64,000 bases of DNA, from assembly GCA_038087875.1 (NCBI GenBank), contig CM075988.1, forward strand, positions 9,054,001-9,118,000, in the 5' to 3' direction. This stretch comes from Malacoraja senta. Lineage: Eukaryota. Positions 36,900 through 48,839 of this stretch are shown piece by piece. The position numbers were made by a program, and so were the translations under genes. The notes under the pieces are model-generated. The model was given only the letters and a program-made list of their open reading frames with translations. It did no database searches and had not been told where the DNA came from. How positions within the stretch are numbered: the stretch's first letter is position 1; every line of letters begins with the position of its first letter.

Positions 36900-37871
36900 C
36901 ATATCTTGGAAAGGATTATCAGACCGTACGGTGGATGTTATGACAGCAGCCTGGAGGAATAGTACCCAGAAGCAGTACATCTATATAAAGAAATGGGAGG
37001 AGTTTTGTTCAGGGAAACATATTGCATATAACCCAGCAGAAATTTCAGATGTAATAGAGTTCCTTTCTACTCTATACTATGAATTAAAATTAAGTTATAG
37101 TGCAATTAATACTGCACAAAGTGCACTCTCTGCATATTTAAGCAGTGAATCAGAACAAACTCCAATAGGAGCACATCCTTGGGTCTGTAGGTTTAAGAAA
37201 GGAATTTTCAACTCTAATCCTCCCAGACCTAGGTATACAGAAATCTGGAATGTAAAAGATGTACTGATGTTGCTAAGGAATTGGAATCCAGTTGAAACTC
37301 TGTCATTATCCAAAATCACCATGAAATTGGTTATGCTCATGGCATTAGTTTCAGCTTAGAGAGTTCAAACATTACAGAAACTCAGAATTGATAGAATGAA
37401 AGTAGGGCCAAATGCCGTGACAGTCTATGTCTATGATTTACTGAAGCAAAGTAGACCTTGGTTCACAGGATGCAAGTTGGAATTTTTATCATATCCTACA
37501 GATCCACGACTGTGTGTAGTAACATATGTGAAATGTTACATAGAAACAACAAAAGTTTTAAGAGGCACCGAATTGGCATTTTTTATTAGTCATAAAAAGC
37601 CTCATAAGAAAGTGTCAACACAAACAATTTCACGATGGTTGAAACAGGTGTTGAGATATTCAGGTATTGATACTGATAAAATTAACTCTCATTCCACCAG
37701 GGTGGCATCAACATCAGCGGCCAGGGATTCAGACGTGCAATAGACCTTATTCTCGCGGCCGCAGGATGGGCAAGTGAACAGATGTTTCACAAGTATTACC
37801 ATAAGGAGATTAAAGATCTCAGAGGGTTTGGTGATGCCGTGCTGGATACAGTATTAAATTCCCCATTATAA
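36900..37871 (+). pseudogene. DIRS tyrosine recombinase (in-frame stop at 37357-37359, frameshift near 37740)
   Basis: SAM-like N-terminus (ST.KQY...W..FC), SA*RVQTL, LLKQSRP, HSTR, then AAAGW...FHKYY in the next frame; ends TAA 37871. Confidence 0.92.
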
Positions 37872-38040
37872 TAAATGGGCCTAATTTTGTTACTTTTATT
37901 AAAATAAATAAAACCATTAACTGATTACATTCAAATGTTGTGGTTATGCATTGTTGATTGTGTTTTACTCAAATAGAGTCAATCGATGCAGTGAACACCT
38001 GGATTTGAATCCACGGTGTGAAATCACAGAGCTTTGAAAT

Positions 38041-38152
38041 CTTCACGTAGTCACTCACGTGACTCCGAAGTAAAATAGTAAGATTAAACGAGAACTTACC
38101 AGTTTGAAGTTTGATCTTTATTTTATGAGGAGTAACGTTGAGGGATTACGTG
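38041..38152 (+). repeat. DIRS internal complementary region (ICR)
   Basis: First part cttcacgtagtcactcacgtgactccgaagtaaaa is the reverse complement of the left end; the remainder is the reverse complement of the right-end extension. Confidence 0.95.
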
Positions 38153-39329
38153 CCCTCCGCTCTCACCCTCATAAAAGGATCAAGCTGGTAGTTCTAAGTC
38201 TTTATGCATCTTACTATCATACTTCAGTAATTATCGTCTGTGATTGTCACTCCGCTGCTTTGAAAGATTGACGCGTGTGCGGCTGGACGGGGTCTTCTTC
38301 ACGTAATCCCTCAAAGTTACTCCTCATAAAATAAAGATCAAACTTCAAACTGGTAAGTTCTCATTTAATCTTACTATTATTTAGCAGCATTCTCGTGTTG
38401 TATCCTCCTCCCATAATTCATCCCATTGAAGGTAATGGAATTAGATATTGGATGCTAAATCCACCACACCACATAACAGATTTAGTGCCACCAACTGGGA
38501 TGACTTTTAAGGTCAACATCTCTTTTCCATGAACTGGGATTTTACGTGAGATTTAATATAGCTTCCCAGCTGTTATCAGGCAACTGAATCATCCTACCAC
38601 AAGCAGAGAGCAGTGCTGAACTACTATCTACCTCATTGGTGACCCTCGGACTATCCTTGATCAGACTTTGCTGGCTTAACCTTGCACTAAACATTACTCC
38701 CTTATCATATATATATATATATACGCTGTAAATGGATCAATTGTAATCATGTATTGTCTTTCTGCTGACTGGATAGCACGCAACCTAAGCTTTTCACTGT
38801 ACCTTGGTACACGTGACAATAAGCTAAACTAAACTAAACTAAATTATATATTTGGAAAGCTTGGAGTGAGTTTATTTAAATCAGAATGCTGTTACTACCT
38901 GGTACCCACTGCCTTAAAGTACGTAGAAAATAGATATAATAATATCCTCCCATAGGAAATCTTGCATACGTGCATAAGGATAGTATGAGCAGGGATGTGA
39001 AGCTAATTGAATACCTCACAGTGGGCTTGCATGAATGGTCTCTCTCTGATTGTGTGATGCATAGATTTCCAGAAAGTACTCGGCCTCTCCTTCAGAAGCA
39101 TTTTGTTCTATTTGTTGATGAATATTCCTTGCATTATCATCACAGTTTGCTTCCTTCTACACTAAGCAGCAGCAGCTTATATGAACAAACAGCATGCACC
39201 AATCAAGCTTGCAGTTTTCCCTCACTTTGAGTTGCATCTGGCATTAGATCCGATATTTTGGAAAAAAAATCACAGTAATGCTGCGACCAGTGATATTGCA
39301 GCCTCCATCATGAATATATAGCGTGAGAG

Positions 39330-39595
39330 CACACAAGTGTATGTACGTGTGTTTGTGTGTGCACTTGTGTATGTGTTTGTGAGCGTGTTTGTGTGTGTGT
39401 TTATGAGGGTCTTTGTGTGTGTCTGTGAGGGTGTGCCTCATGTGTGCGTGTCCGTTTGGGTTTTCATGTCTGTGTATGTTCTTGTGTTGTGTGTCTCTCT
39501 CTGTTTATGTTTTAGTGTGTGCCTCTGTGCATCTTTCTGTCTGTATATTTGGATGTCTTGGTGCGTCTGTTTACGTGTGTGTGTGTGTGTGTGCA
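39330..39595. repeat. Degenerate (TG)n-rich simple repeat
   Basis: TG-rich tract ending in pure (gt)n. Confidence 0.85.
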
Positions 39596-39829
39596 TATTT
39601 GCTTGGGGAGGGTGGAGAGGGAGGTGGAGCGAGCATAGTGTTGTAATACCGCACTCCCTGAATCTCTTCTCAATATTGATCACTCAAACTGCTCACCTGA
39701 TACTGAGTCCCAGCGCCGACTTAAACCGTTTGCCCCATAGATGCTGCTTGATCCACTGAGTCCTTCCAGCATTCTGAATTTTGTTCTAGATTTCAGCATC
39801 TACAGACTCCTTTGACATTTTAAAGTCAG

Positions 39830-40470
39830 AAACATACAGCATAAAAAGAGCCCCTTCGGCCCAACTCGCCCATACTGAGCAAGATGCCCCATCTAAGCTA
39901 GTCCTATCTGCCTGCATTTCATCCATATCCTTTTAAATGTTTCCTATCCATGTACCTGTCCAAATGACTTTTACATGTTTTAATTGTACCTGCCTCAGCT
40001 ATATCCTCTGGCAGCTCATTCCATCTATCTACCATCTTCTGAGTGAAAAGGCTGCCCCCTCAGGTTCCCATTACGTTTTTCCCCTCTCACGTTAAACCTA
40101 TGTCCTCTGCTTCTGGATTTCCCCTACCCTGGGTAAATGATTCTGCGCGTTCATCCTATATATTCCCCTCATGATTTTATACACCACTATAAATCAAAAA
40201 ACATTTCGCTGTACCTCGGTACACATGACAATCAACGGAAACTGAAAATGAAATCGCCCCTCGGCATCCTGCACTCCAAGGAGTTGAGTTTGTCCCATCT
40301 CACACTATAGCTCAGGCCCTTGAGTCCTGGCAACATCCTCGTAAATCTTTTCCGGGCATTTTCCAGCTTAATGACATCCTTCCTCTAACAGGGTTACCAA
40401 AACTGAACACAATATTCCAACAGCGGCCTCACCAACGTCTTGTCCAAGTGTAACATAATGTCCCAACTCC
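39830..40470 (-). mobile_element. CR1-clade LINE 3' fragment with a short LINE-tail insertion near 40200-40250
   Basis: Homologous to 11425-12020. Confidence 0.75.
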
Positions 40471-40884
40471 ATGGATTATTATTAAAATACCAAAGTCATG
40501 ATTGAGAAGATGAGGCCGTACAATAATGCTGGTCTTCAGTCTGAATCCGACCTGATACGCCACCTATTCTTATTCTCCAGAAAAAAATACGCCTGACCCA
40601 TTGAGTTACATTAGTATTCTGTGTCTATCTTTGGTATAAACCAGCATCTGAGTTCATTCCTACAGGGCAATGTTGCTGTTGTGTGGAGAAGGTGAAGTGG
40701 GACAATGTTTTTCTACAGACCTTGGTGAATGGAAGATGGAAGCTGGAAGTTGTCAGCCAGGACACTTCTTGCTCTATCTTTCCAGTCTTGCAACAAAAAG
40801 GATGAATGGGGATCTTGATGGGTCAAGTTGGCTCAGTCTTTTGAACATTTCTCACAATTTGATAAACGCGATGGTCGTTTATTT

Positions 40885-41190
40885 ACAGAGTCTTTTACCC
40901 AGAGACGGGCAATCAAGAACCAGACATAGGCTTAAAGTGAGAGGGGACAGATATAATAGGAACCCGAGAGGCCACTTTTTCCACACAGAGGGTGATGGGT
41001 ATATGGAACGAGCTGCCAGAGGAGGTAGTTGAGACAGAAACTATAACAACATTTAAAAGTTATTGGGACATGTATTTAGAAAGGAAAGATTTAAAAAGAC
41101 AGGGGCTAAATATGGGCAGATGGAACTACTATGCATCGGTATGAGCAAGTTGGGCCGAAGGGCCTGTTTCCATGCTGTATGACTCTATCA
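40885..41190 (+). mobile_element. CR1-clade LINE 3' fragment
   Basis: SRTRHRLKVRG.R..RN.RG.FF peptide and tail ttgggccgaagggcctgtttccatgctgtatgactcta. Confidence 0.8.
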
Positions 41191-41615
41191 CTCGATTATA
41201 TTTTGGAGTAGCCCTGAAACCAGAGACCAAAAATGATCACTTGTAATATACCCGTTGGCAGCCTCTGATCCAGTAAATCCTATCAAGAGGAGGCAGAAGA
41301 GATTAGTTTAACTCCGCATCATGTTCAGAGTGGACATTGCGGGCTGAATGGCCTGTTCCTGAACTATTCTGTTCTATATTCTATGAATTAAGTGAGAAAA
41401 GATGTATCGGGTGGCTGACCTCCATCAAATGTGTATGATCACCAGATACCTGCCCATAATGTGCATCAGCCCTCACTTTGGATGTGAAAATCTGAACCAT
41501 GTACAATGAATAGTGATACTATGGAATGTCTTTGTTCATAGCTCACGAGCTGACTCCTGTCTCCAGATGATCAGGAAATAGAGAGTGGCAAATCAGAGCC
41601 ATTAACTGAGCCAGA

Positions 41616-41906
41616 GCAGCACAGTGGCGCAGCGATAGTTACTGCCGTACAGCAGCAGATACCTGGGTTCGATCCTGACTACGGGTGCTGTCTGTATGGA
41701 GTTTGTACGTTCTCCACGTGACAGACATGCATTTGCTCCGGTTTCCTCCCACAATCCAACGACGTAATTGGCTTGGTAAAATTGTAAATTGTCCCTAGTG
41801 TGTGTAGGAGGATAGTGTTGGTATGCGGGGATCACTGGTCAGCGTGGACTCGATGGGCCGAAGGGCCTGTGTCTGCGCTGTATCTCGAAACGAAACTAAG
41901 CTAAAC
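41616..41906 (+). mobile_element. HE1-like V-SINE
   Basis: A/B boxes, V-domain, tail. Confidence 0.83.
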
Positions 41907-42594
41907 ATTTGAAGTCAAATACTAGGCTGGAATTTAGAAGTTGAATTGACACCCTTAGGAGACGTGTAGATAGTACTTGAGGTAGAAGACAGTCACTGCA
42001 GGTGGATGATCCAGATACAGGTGGAGTAACTAGGTTGAGCTTTGGGTCCAGATTCGAAACATCACCTATCCGTGTTCTCTGGAGATGACCAGCTGAGTTA
42101 CTCCAGCACATTTTGTCTTTTCTTGGTAAACCAGCATCTGCAGTTCCTTGTGTCTGGGTTGAGCTTTCTTTGCTAATCCCTTCATTCCTGCATTACACGT
42201 GGTATACACAGAATATGTTATGGCTAGCAATGAGCTACTGCAAACTTTGTTAGTCTTGACACCAAATGAAAAGTAGGTACCTGACTTTTGTTGTTGAATT
42301 TTGCTTTCTTGACAAATTCCCCAGTATAACTTCCCCTAGATGTTTTGAGTGACGGATGGAAATAACTTGTTCATGAATATAGATGAGACTAATTCTATAG
42401 GTATGCAGTATTACATCTGATTGCATTGATTCTTCAATGACTCACTGAGGAAAGCACCACCTCGTGCATTAATTTAGTCATTCAGGAAAGCTTGCACATT
42501 TTCTTCTTGGATTGTTTTGTTGAGTTTTGGCACCATCATGACAATTGGCAAATGCTAGTGAAGGTCTGCTGAGGAGGGATATGTGTCAGCTTAC

Positions 42595-42892
42595 TTTAGA
42601 GATACAACGTGGAAACAGGCCCTTTGGTCCACCGAGTCCGTGCCAACCAGCGATCACCCCATACACTAGCACTATCCTGCACACTAGGAACAATTTACAA
42701 TTAGCAGATGCCAGTTAACCTACAAACCTGTATGTATTTGTAGAGTGGGAGGAAACTAGAGCACCTGGAGAAAACCCACGTGGTCACAGCGAGAATGTAC
42801 AAACTCCATACAGATAGGACCTGTGGTCAGGATCATACCCACATCTCTGGCGCTGTAAGGCAGCACCTCTATTGCTGTGCAACTGTGCCTCC
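42595..42892 (-). mobile_element. HE1-like V-SINE
   Basis: Reverse complement of the SINE consensus. Confidence 0.82.
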
Positions 42893-43518
42893 CCAAAGCT
42901 GAAGGGTGATTTATAATGAGAGATCACCTGGATATCTCTGTTACTGACAGAGCATTTTGCTTATGAGTTGGTTGTCGTAGCTGAATACTTTATTAAAATG
43001 AGATGAGCTTATCCAATGTTACTTCATCTACTCCACAAATCTTCAGACAGTAAAGAGTTATTCTATACTGGGAGAAATGAGCAATTGTTACCTTATTATT
43101 TGAATGGAAAGTCATTTTAAATCACAAATGACAAATGAGTTAATGATATCAGTTAAAAATAGACCCAAAAATACATACCTGTATAATTAACTTAAAATTG
43201 CAATGCAAAAGCTGCAAAATTAATTTCACAAAGGCTAAATATATGTGGGAGCTTAAAAAAAGTGGAGAGAAAATGAGGTCAGAATCATTGAACACAAATC
43301 TCATCTGTATTTATCTTACAACATGTCTGCTGAGAATAGAGAAAAGAGGGGAAAAAATCATTTGCTGATGAAAAGATTCACTGGCAGTGTCGATTGTAAG
43401 TGTGCATGGAAAGAGCCCAAGTTTTGTGTGGGCTGGTGATAGGTCGGTTTGGGCAAATGAATGAGGTTATGTAACCAGTGATGGTCTAGTTTTAACACCT
43501 GCAGAAGCAGATCAGTCC

Positions 43519-43581
43519 AGAAGAGAGAGAGAGAGAAAGGGAGAGAGAGTGAAAGAGAGAGGGAGAAAGAGAGAGAGAGAG
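43519..43581 (+). promoter_or_regulatory. Polypurine (GA)n tract about 100 nt upstream of the start codon (5'UTR or promoter)
   Basis: Near-pure purine run agaagagagaga...gagagagagag within a stretch where I see no TE. Confidence 0.5.
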
Positions 43582-43683
43582 CTTGAGCATAGAGAGTACA
43601 GACTCATTCACAAGCCTCTTGTTTACCTGCAGTAACTATATCTCAGCATCTGATTTTAGGTTCTGAAACCCAGCCGCATTGGG

Positions 43684-43698
43684 ATGGATTGCTGTTCT
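43684..43698 (+). CDS. NRGN: Neurogranin-like gene, coding exon 1 (MDCCS)
   Basis: gggATGG Kozak context; ATG GAT TGC TGT TCT followed by donor gtacgt (phase 0). Matches the neurogranin N-terminus MDCC-x and joins exon 2 in frame. Confidence 0.75.
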
Positions 43699-45774
43699 GT
43701 ACGTATAATTTCCAGTTTTTTTTCTTACTCAATCGGTTGTGATGTGTCTGCTTTATTCAAGTCTGGTGTTTACAGATCCTTTAGTTTTGAAGTTGTTATC
43801 AGTGAGATAAACTGTGAGCTGATAACTAATATTAATGGCATTTGGGTTGTATTTGATTTATATCACTTCAATTAACTTGTTCAATGCGTTGTCTTTCTAG
43901 AGATTAGTTTTTTTCTTAAATCTGTAACTATCACTGAAACTAGCATAATGTCACATAGAGGAGGATTGAAATCTCTCAGGAGTTGCATTTCATGTGTTTA
44001 GGACTTTGTGTTTATTAAAAACAATTCTAAACGAGAAGCACTTCAGCAATGAAGTTTTAACTGAAGAATTGGTGTAACGGCTTTCAGCCGATTTAACTCT
44101 TTGCTTGCTAGATCTTTCTTCAGTAAAGTATACACTGTACAGAAACATCTGGGCTCAAAAAATTATTTCCGAATCTTATGCCTGATAATAATAATAATCT
44201 GGCATTATCAAATTCTCTTTGGCAAAGTTCCACCCAGAAATAAGTATTAGCTTTGAAACACTGTGATGGACATTGTTAAAAATAAACAATTTGTTAGAGA
44301 CATTGCTGCTTTAATGTAAAATTGGTATTATTATTTTGGAGTTTATGAAATTAAAATTATGATTCAAAAATGTCATGATGAATTATTATATTTCTACATT
44401 TTAAATTTAAGCTTAAAGATATTGATGGATTGAATCTATAAGGAAAAGTGGTGGCAGTAACAGGAATATAAAGTTATATGTAAACAAGAGTATTAAGGGT
44501 CTCAACCCAGAACGTTGCCTATCCATGTTCTCCAGAGATGTTGCCTGACCCGCTGTGTTATTCCAGCACTTTGTGTTCTAGAAAGTCAGCAATGCTTCTT
44601 CAGTCACGTAATAATACATATTTGGAATAACTTACCATGTAGGGTAGGTAAACTAAAACTTATAAAACATTTGAAATGCCCTTGGATTAAAACTGGAAGA
44701 GAGAACCAGGAGCTGTGCATGGATGGACCAAAATGTTCTTCTAGTCCTGTTTTGAAAAATGTTGATTAAAAAGTAAGACGATATCTAAAATACAAACGTG
44801 TAGGAAGGACCTGCAGATGCTGGTTTAAACCAAAGATAGACACAAAAAGCTGGAGTAACTCAATGGGTCAGACAGCATCTCTGGAGAAAAGGAATAGGTG
44901 ACGTTTTGGGTCGAGACCCTTCTTCAGACTAATACAAAGTTGTTTGGTGATTCACAGGGCCTAAAGTGTTCATATAATCTTGCTCTTAACACCATTTTAA
45001 AGTGAGAATTGTATTGTTGATGTGAAATGGAACCATTGTACTCATTATTTGGCAAGAGCAGAATGAATGACATTGGATACAACTATGTTACCAATCAGAT
45101 GCATTCTATTTTTGTTAATTCGACCTACTATTTCACATCCACCTGTCTGTCCTGGTGATCCATTGATACTGTGATGGTTTGGAATGGACATGAATGGTTT
45201 ACACTGGGCTGATCCTCTGCACAATATGAGGCCTAAATGGAAACTATGCACCCATTTGAAATTCATGGTGTGTAATGGAAAATTAACATATACCCCAGAG
45301 CAATTTCAAGGCTATCATTAGTTGTGGACATATTAGTTCCTCAGGCCTTGCGTCCTCATTGTTGACTTTCTCCTATCCAGGTAAGTGCCTCCTCTATCGA
45401 AGGAAATGAGTGCCCTTGGGTTACCAATGATGTTGTTCTGGGTGAGGAATATGGAAGCCCTACAGGTGCTTCCCTTCAATTTATCTCCATAAGGAAAGCT
45501 CAGATGGGCAAGTCAATCAGGATTGAATGTTGTCTGACTCCTATATTGTGTTCTGGATATTGCTGAAAGTGTACAACTGACAAATGCTGCCTCGAAATGT
45601 CAAGGGGAAAAAAAACCAAATGCTGGGATGCTGTTTTGCTTCTTGTATGTGATGTTTCCTTTCTAGAAAAATACTGCTCCTCCACCCTTTGTGCACAACC
45701 CCAGCCAACAAAGACTGAGTGTGGCATCTGGTCACAGACTTCCCTTGATACCACAAGGTGCCACAGATACGTGG

Positions 45775-45998
45775 AAGATAGACACAAAAATGCTGGAGTA
45801 ACTCGGCGGGACAGGCAGCATCTCTGGAGAGAATGAATGGGTGACGATTCAGGTCGAGACCTTTCTTCAGTGGAAGAAGGATCACGACCCGAAACGTCAC
45901 CCATTCCTTCTCTCCAGAGATGCTACCTGTCCTGCTGAGTTACTCCAGCATTTTGTGTCTATCTTTGATTTAAACCAGCATCTGCAGTTCTTTCCTAC
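45775..45998. mobile_element. Fold-back pair of Penelope-derived terminal repeats (MITE-like palindrome); second copy at 47565-47772
   Basis: ~95-bp inverted arms centred near 45870. Confidence 0.75.
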
Positions 45999-48839
45999 CC
46001 AGTTACTTGGAAACGGTTCTTAGGTTTTCAGTCATTCCGTTGTAGAGACATAATTGCATTCTCCGTGGTGACATATTTAGAATTGAGAATTTGCCGTGTG
46101 ATGGTTTACAGATACAAGCTCATGCAATGTTCCCCTGGCACTCTAAAGCACAACCACAATATTTATATCTGTAAGCTTTGCTATTTTGAATGTACTGACC
46201 AACCCATGATCTTTTATTTCTTCCCCTGTGTGTTTGTCATCTTTGATAAAAAAATGTTTAAGAAAGAACTCCAAGTGCGTTTTCTCTGGGTGCTCTGGTT
46301 TTCTCCCACACTCCAAAGACGCACAGGTTTGTACGTTAATTGGCTTTGGCAAAAATTGTGAATTGTCCCTAGTGTGTAGGATAGTGTATGGGGGGGGGGG
46401 GGGGGGTGGGGGGAGTCGATCGCTGGTCGGCGTGGACTCAATGTGCTGAAGGGCCTGTTTCCACACTGTATCTCTAAATTCTAAAAGACTATTGTCAAAT
46501 CCATAGCGAGTGTCAATGTCAATGGTCCTTTCTCCTCATAAAGTCACTGATTGCTGATCCATCAGGGATGAAAAAAGATTTTCCATGTGTTATTACCACA
46601 GAAAGTCTGTAATAAAACTCCCCACCCCTCTCTGTTCCACTTCCACTTACAGAATGCTACATGCTTATCTTTACACTCATCATCTCTTTACAGAGATTAT
46701 TTATGGAAAGGTGGTTATCTCTAGTTTCAAAGGAGAACATGTTACTAAGATACATGCTTTTCTTTCTGAAACAAAAAGAGTGCTTTGGTCGGCACAGTGG
46801 CAGAGCACTAGAGTTGCTGGCTTACAGCACCAGAGACACAGGTTCGATCCTGACTATGGGTGCTGTCTGTACGGTGTTTGTACGTTCTCCCTGTGACTGC
46901 GTAGCTTTTCTCTGAGTGCTCTAGTTCCTCACAAAGATGTACAGGTTTGTAGGTTAATTGGCTTCAGCAAAAATTGTAAATGATCCCCAGTGTGTAGTGT
47001 GTAGGATGGTGCTAGTATATAGGGTAATCACTGGTTGTCGTGCACTTAGTGGGCTGAAGGACCTGTTTCCGCGCTGTATCTCTAAAGTTTAAAGTAAAGT
47101 ATTATACTTGGTACTTTAGGTGAGAGAATTCCAAAGTGCAGAACCCAGACAATTCAAGGCATGATTGTTGATGGTGTTTGAATGGGTGGTGGTGGGGGTG
47201 GGGGTGGTGTGGTGAGGGGAGGGGTGAATAGCATTGGGTACAGGGATAGAAACCTAGAATTGGAGCAATGCAGAGGTGTGAAGAAAGACTGAGACTTGGG
47301 AGAGGATTTAAATGGAGGGATTTGAAAACACAAGGAACACAAGGTAGATCAGCATTTGGTTCGTTGTGATCCAGTCTGTAGAAGAAGGAAGGAAGGAAAG
47401 AAATGAAGAAAGCAAAGAGGTTCACTTGGTAGTATGGCAAATTAATATAGTGCAGAGTTTGTTATTGGGCTCTGACGATCATTCCTTTTGGTATACGTTG
47501 CCAGATCTAACTGAGTATATAAATGCAATTTATTCATATTCTATAAGTATTAGTCAGTGTTCATTGCTGGAGTAACTCAGCGGGACAGGCAGCATCTCTG
47601 GAGAGAATGAATGGGTGACGATTCAGGTCGAGACCTTTCTTCAGTGGAAGAAGGATCACAACCCAAAACGTCACCCATTCCTTCTCTCCAGAGATGCTAC
47701 CTGTCCTGCTGAGTTACTCCAGCATTTTGTGTCTATCTTTGATTTAAACCAGCATCTGCAGTTCTTTCCTACCCAGTTACTTGGAAACGGTTCTTAGGCT
47801 TTCAGTCATTCCGTTGTAGAGACATAATTGCATTCTCCGTGGTGACATATTTAACATTGAGAATTTGCCGTGTGATGGTTTACAGATACAAGCTCATGCA
47901 ATGTTCCCCTGGCACTCTAAAGCACAACCACAATATTTATATCTGTAAGCTTTGCTATTTTGAATGTACTGACCAACCCATGATCTTTTATTTCTTCCCC
48001 TGTGTGTTTGTCATCTTTGATATAAAAATGTTTAAGAAAGAACTGCAGATGCTGGAAAAATATTTGAATTAAAGATGGTGACTTTAGATAATTTCCTCTT
48101 CCAATATTTTTAAGCCAAAAGGAGTACCTGCATGATATTGTCCCTTTACTATCTTAGGAAGATGCTCAGTATGACCTACAAGAGGGTGACTTCAAGATAG
48201 GCATTCATAGAAACATAGAAACATAGAAAAATAGGTGCAGGTGTAGGCCATTCGGCCCTTCGAGCCATTCAATATGACCATGGCTGATCATCTAAAATCA
48301 GTAACCCATTGCTGCTTTTTCCCCATATCCCTTGATTCCTTTAGCCCTAAGAGCTAAATCTAAGTCTCTCTCTTGAAAACAATTCACTGAAGAGATACAT
48401 CTTGAAACTAGTATGGAGGACAGGATGTTCCAGACTTTAGGTTGTATAATGAGACAGCCTTAATCCATAAACCCACAGGTGTGGATCTTCCAGGGAAACA
48501 TGAAAAATTTCCTTAAATAACAAAAAATATATATATTTTTCATTAATTTGAGGATATTTGTCAACATCTGAAGTATTTAATAAATTGCAACAAGTATATA
48601 TTCCATTGAGTAATAAAAAATGATGAGAAAATTCAACCAACCATTACAAGCCAAGCATTAAGGGTAATATTACGTGAAAAAAAGTCTTAAATTTGAGGGA
48701 CATTAAGCCCGAAGTTAGGAAGTTTCAGAAAGCAGCAGGTTGACCAGGTTTGATTAAGAGGGACAGAATATAAAGTAGAAAGAAGTGTTAAACAACAAAG
48801 TACAATGTGGAAAAGTATAGAGAGGCGAAAATAAATGTA

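Larger units (their letters stand above)
33335..38378 (+). mobile_element. Near full-length DIRS1-type tyrosine-recombinase retrotransposon (family A) with several stops and frameshifts
   Basis: Left ITR 33335-~33398, right ITR 38269-38378, and ICR 38041-38152 complementary to both termini. Ordered gag, RT, RNase H, MT and YR coding regions. Confidence 0.96.

Noticed and set aside
37988..38250. Hammerhead-like topology in the DIRS 3' region (stem-GAAA-stem)
   Set aside because: Lacks the CUGANGA core (GCAGUGA instead), and family B lacks the GAAA.
33335..38378. Prophage or bacterial integrative element (integrase plus Dam methylase)
   Set aside because: YR and MT are linked to an RT/RNase H and ITR/ICR structure diagnostic of DIRS1 retrotransposons, embedded in vertebrate repeats.
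39244..39759. Hydrophobic or His-Thr-rich ORFs up to 140 aa
   Set aside because: Artefacts of a (TG)n-rich simple repeat.
43699..43875. 63-aa ORF continuing after MDCCS
   Set aside because: Read-through into AT-rich intron sequence after the gtacgt donor; only the first five codons look genuine.
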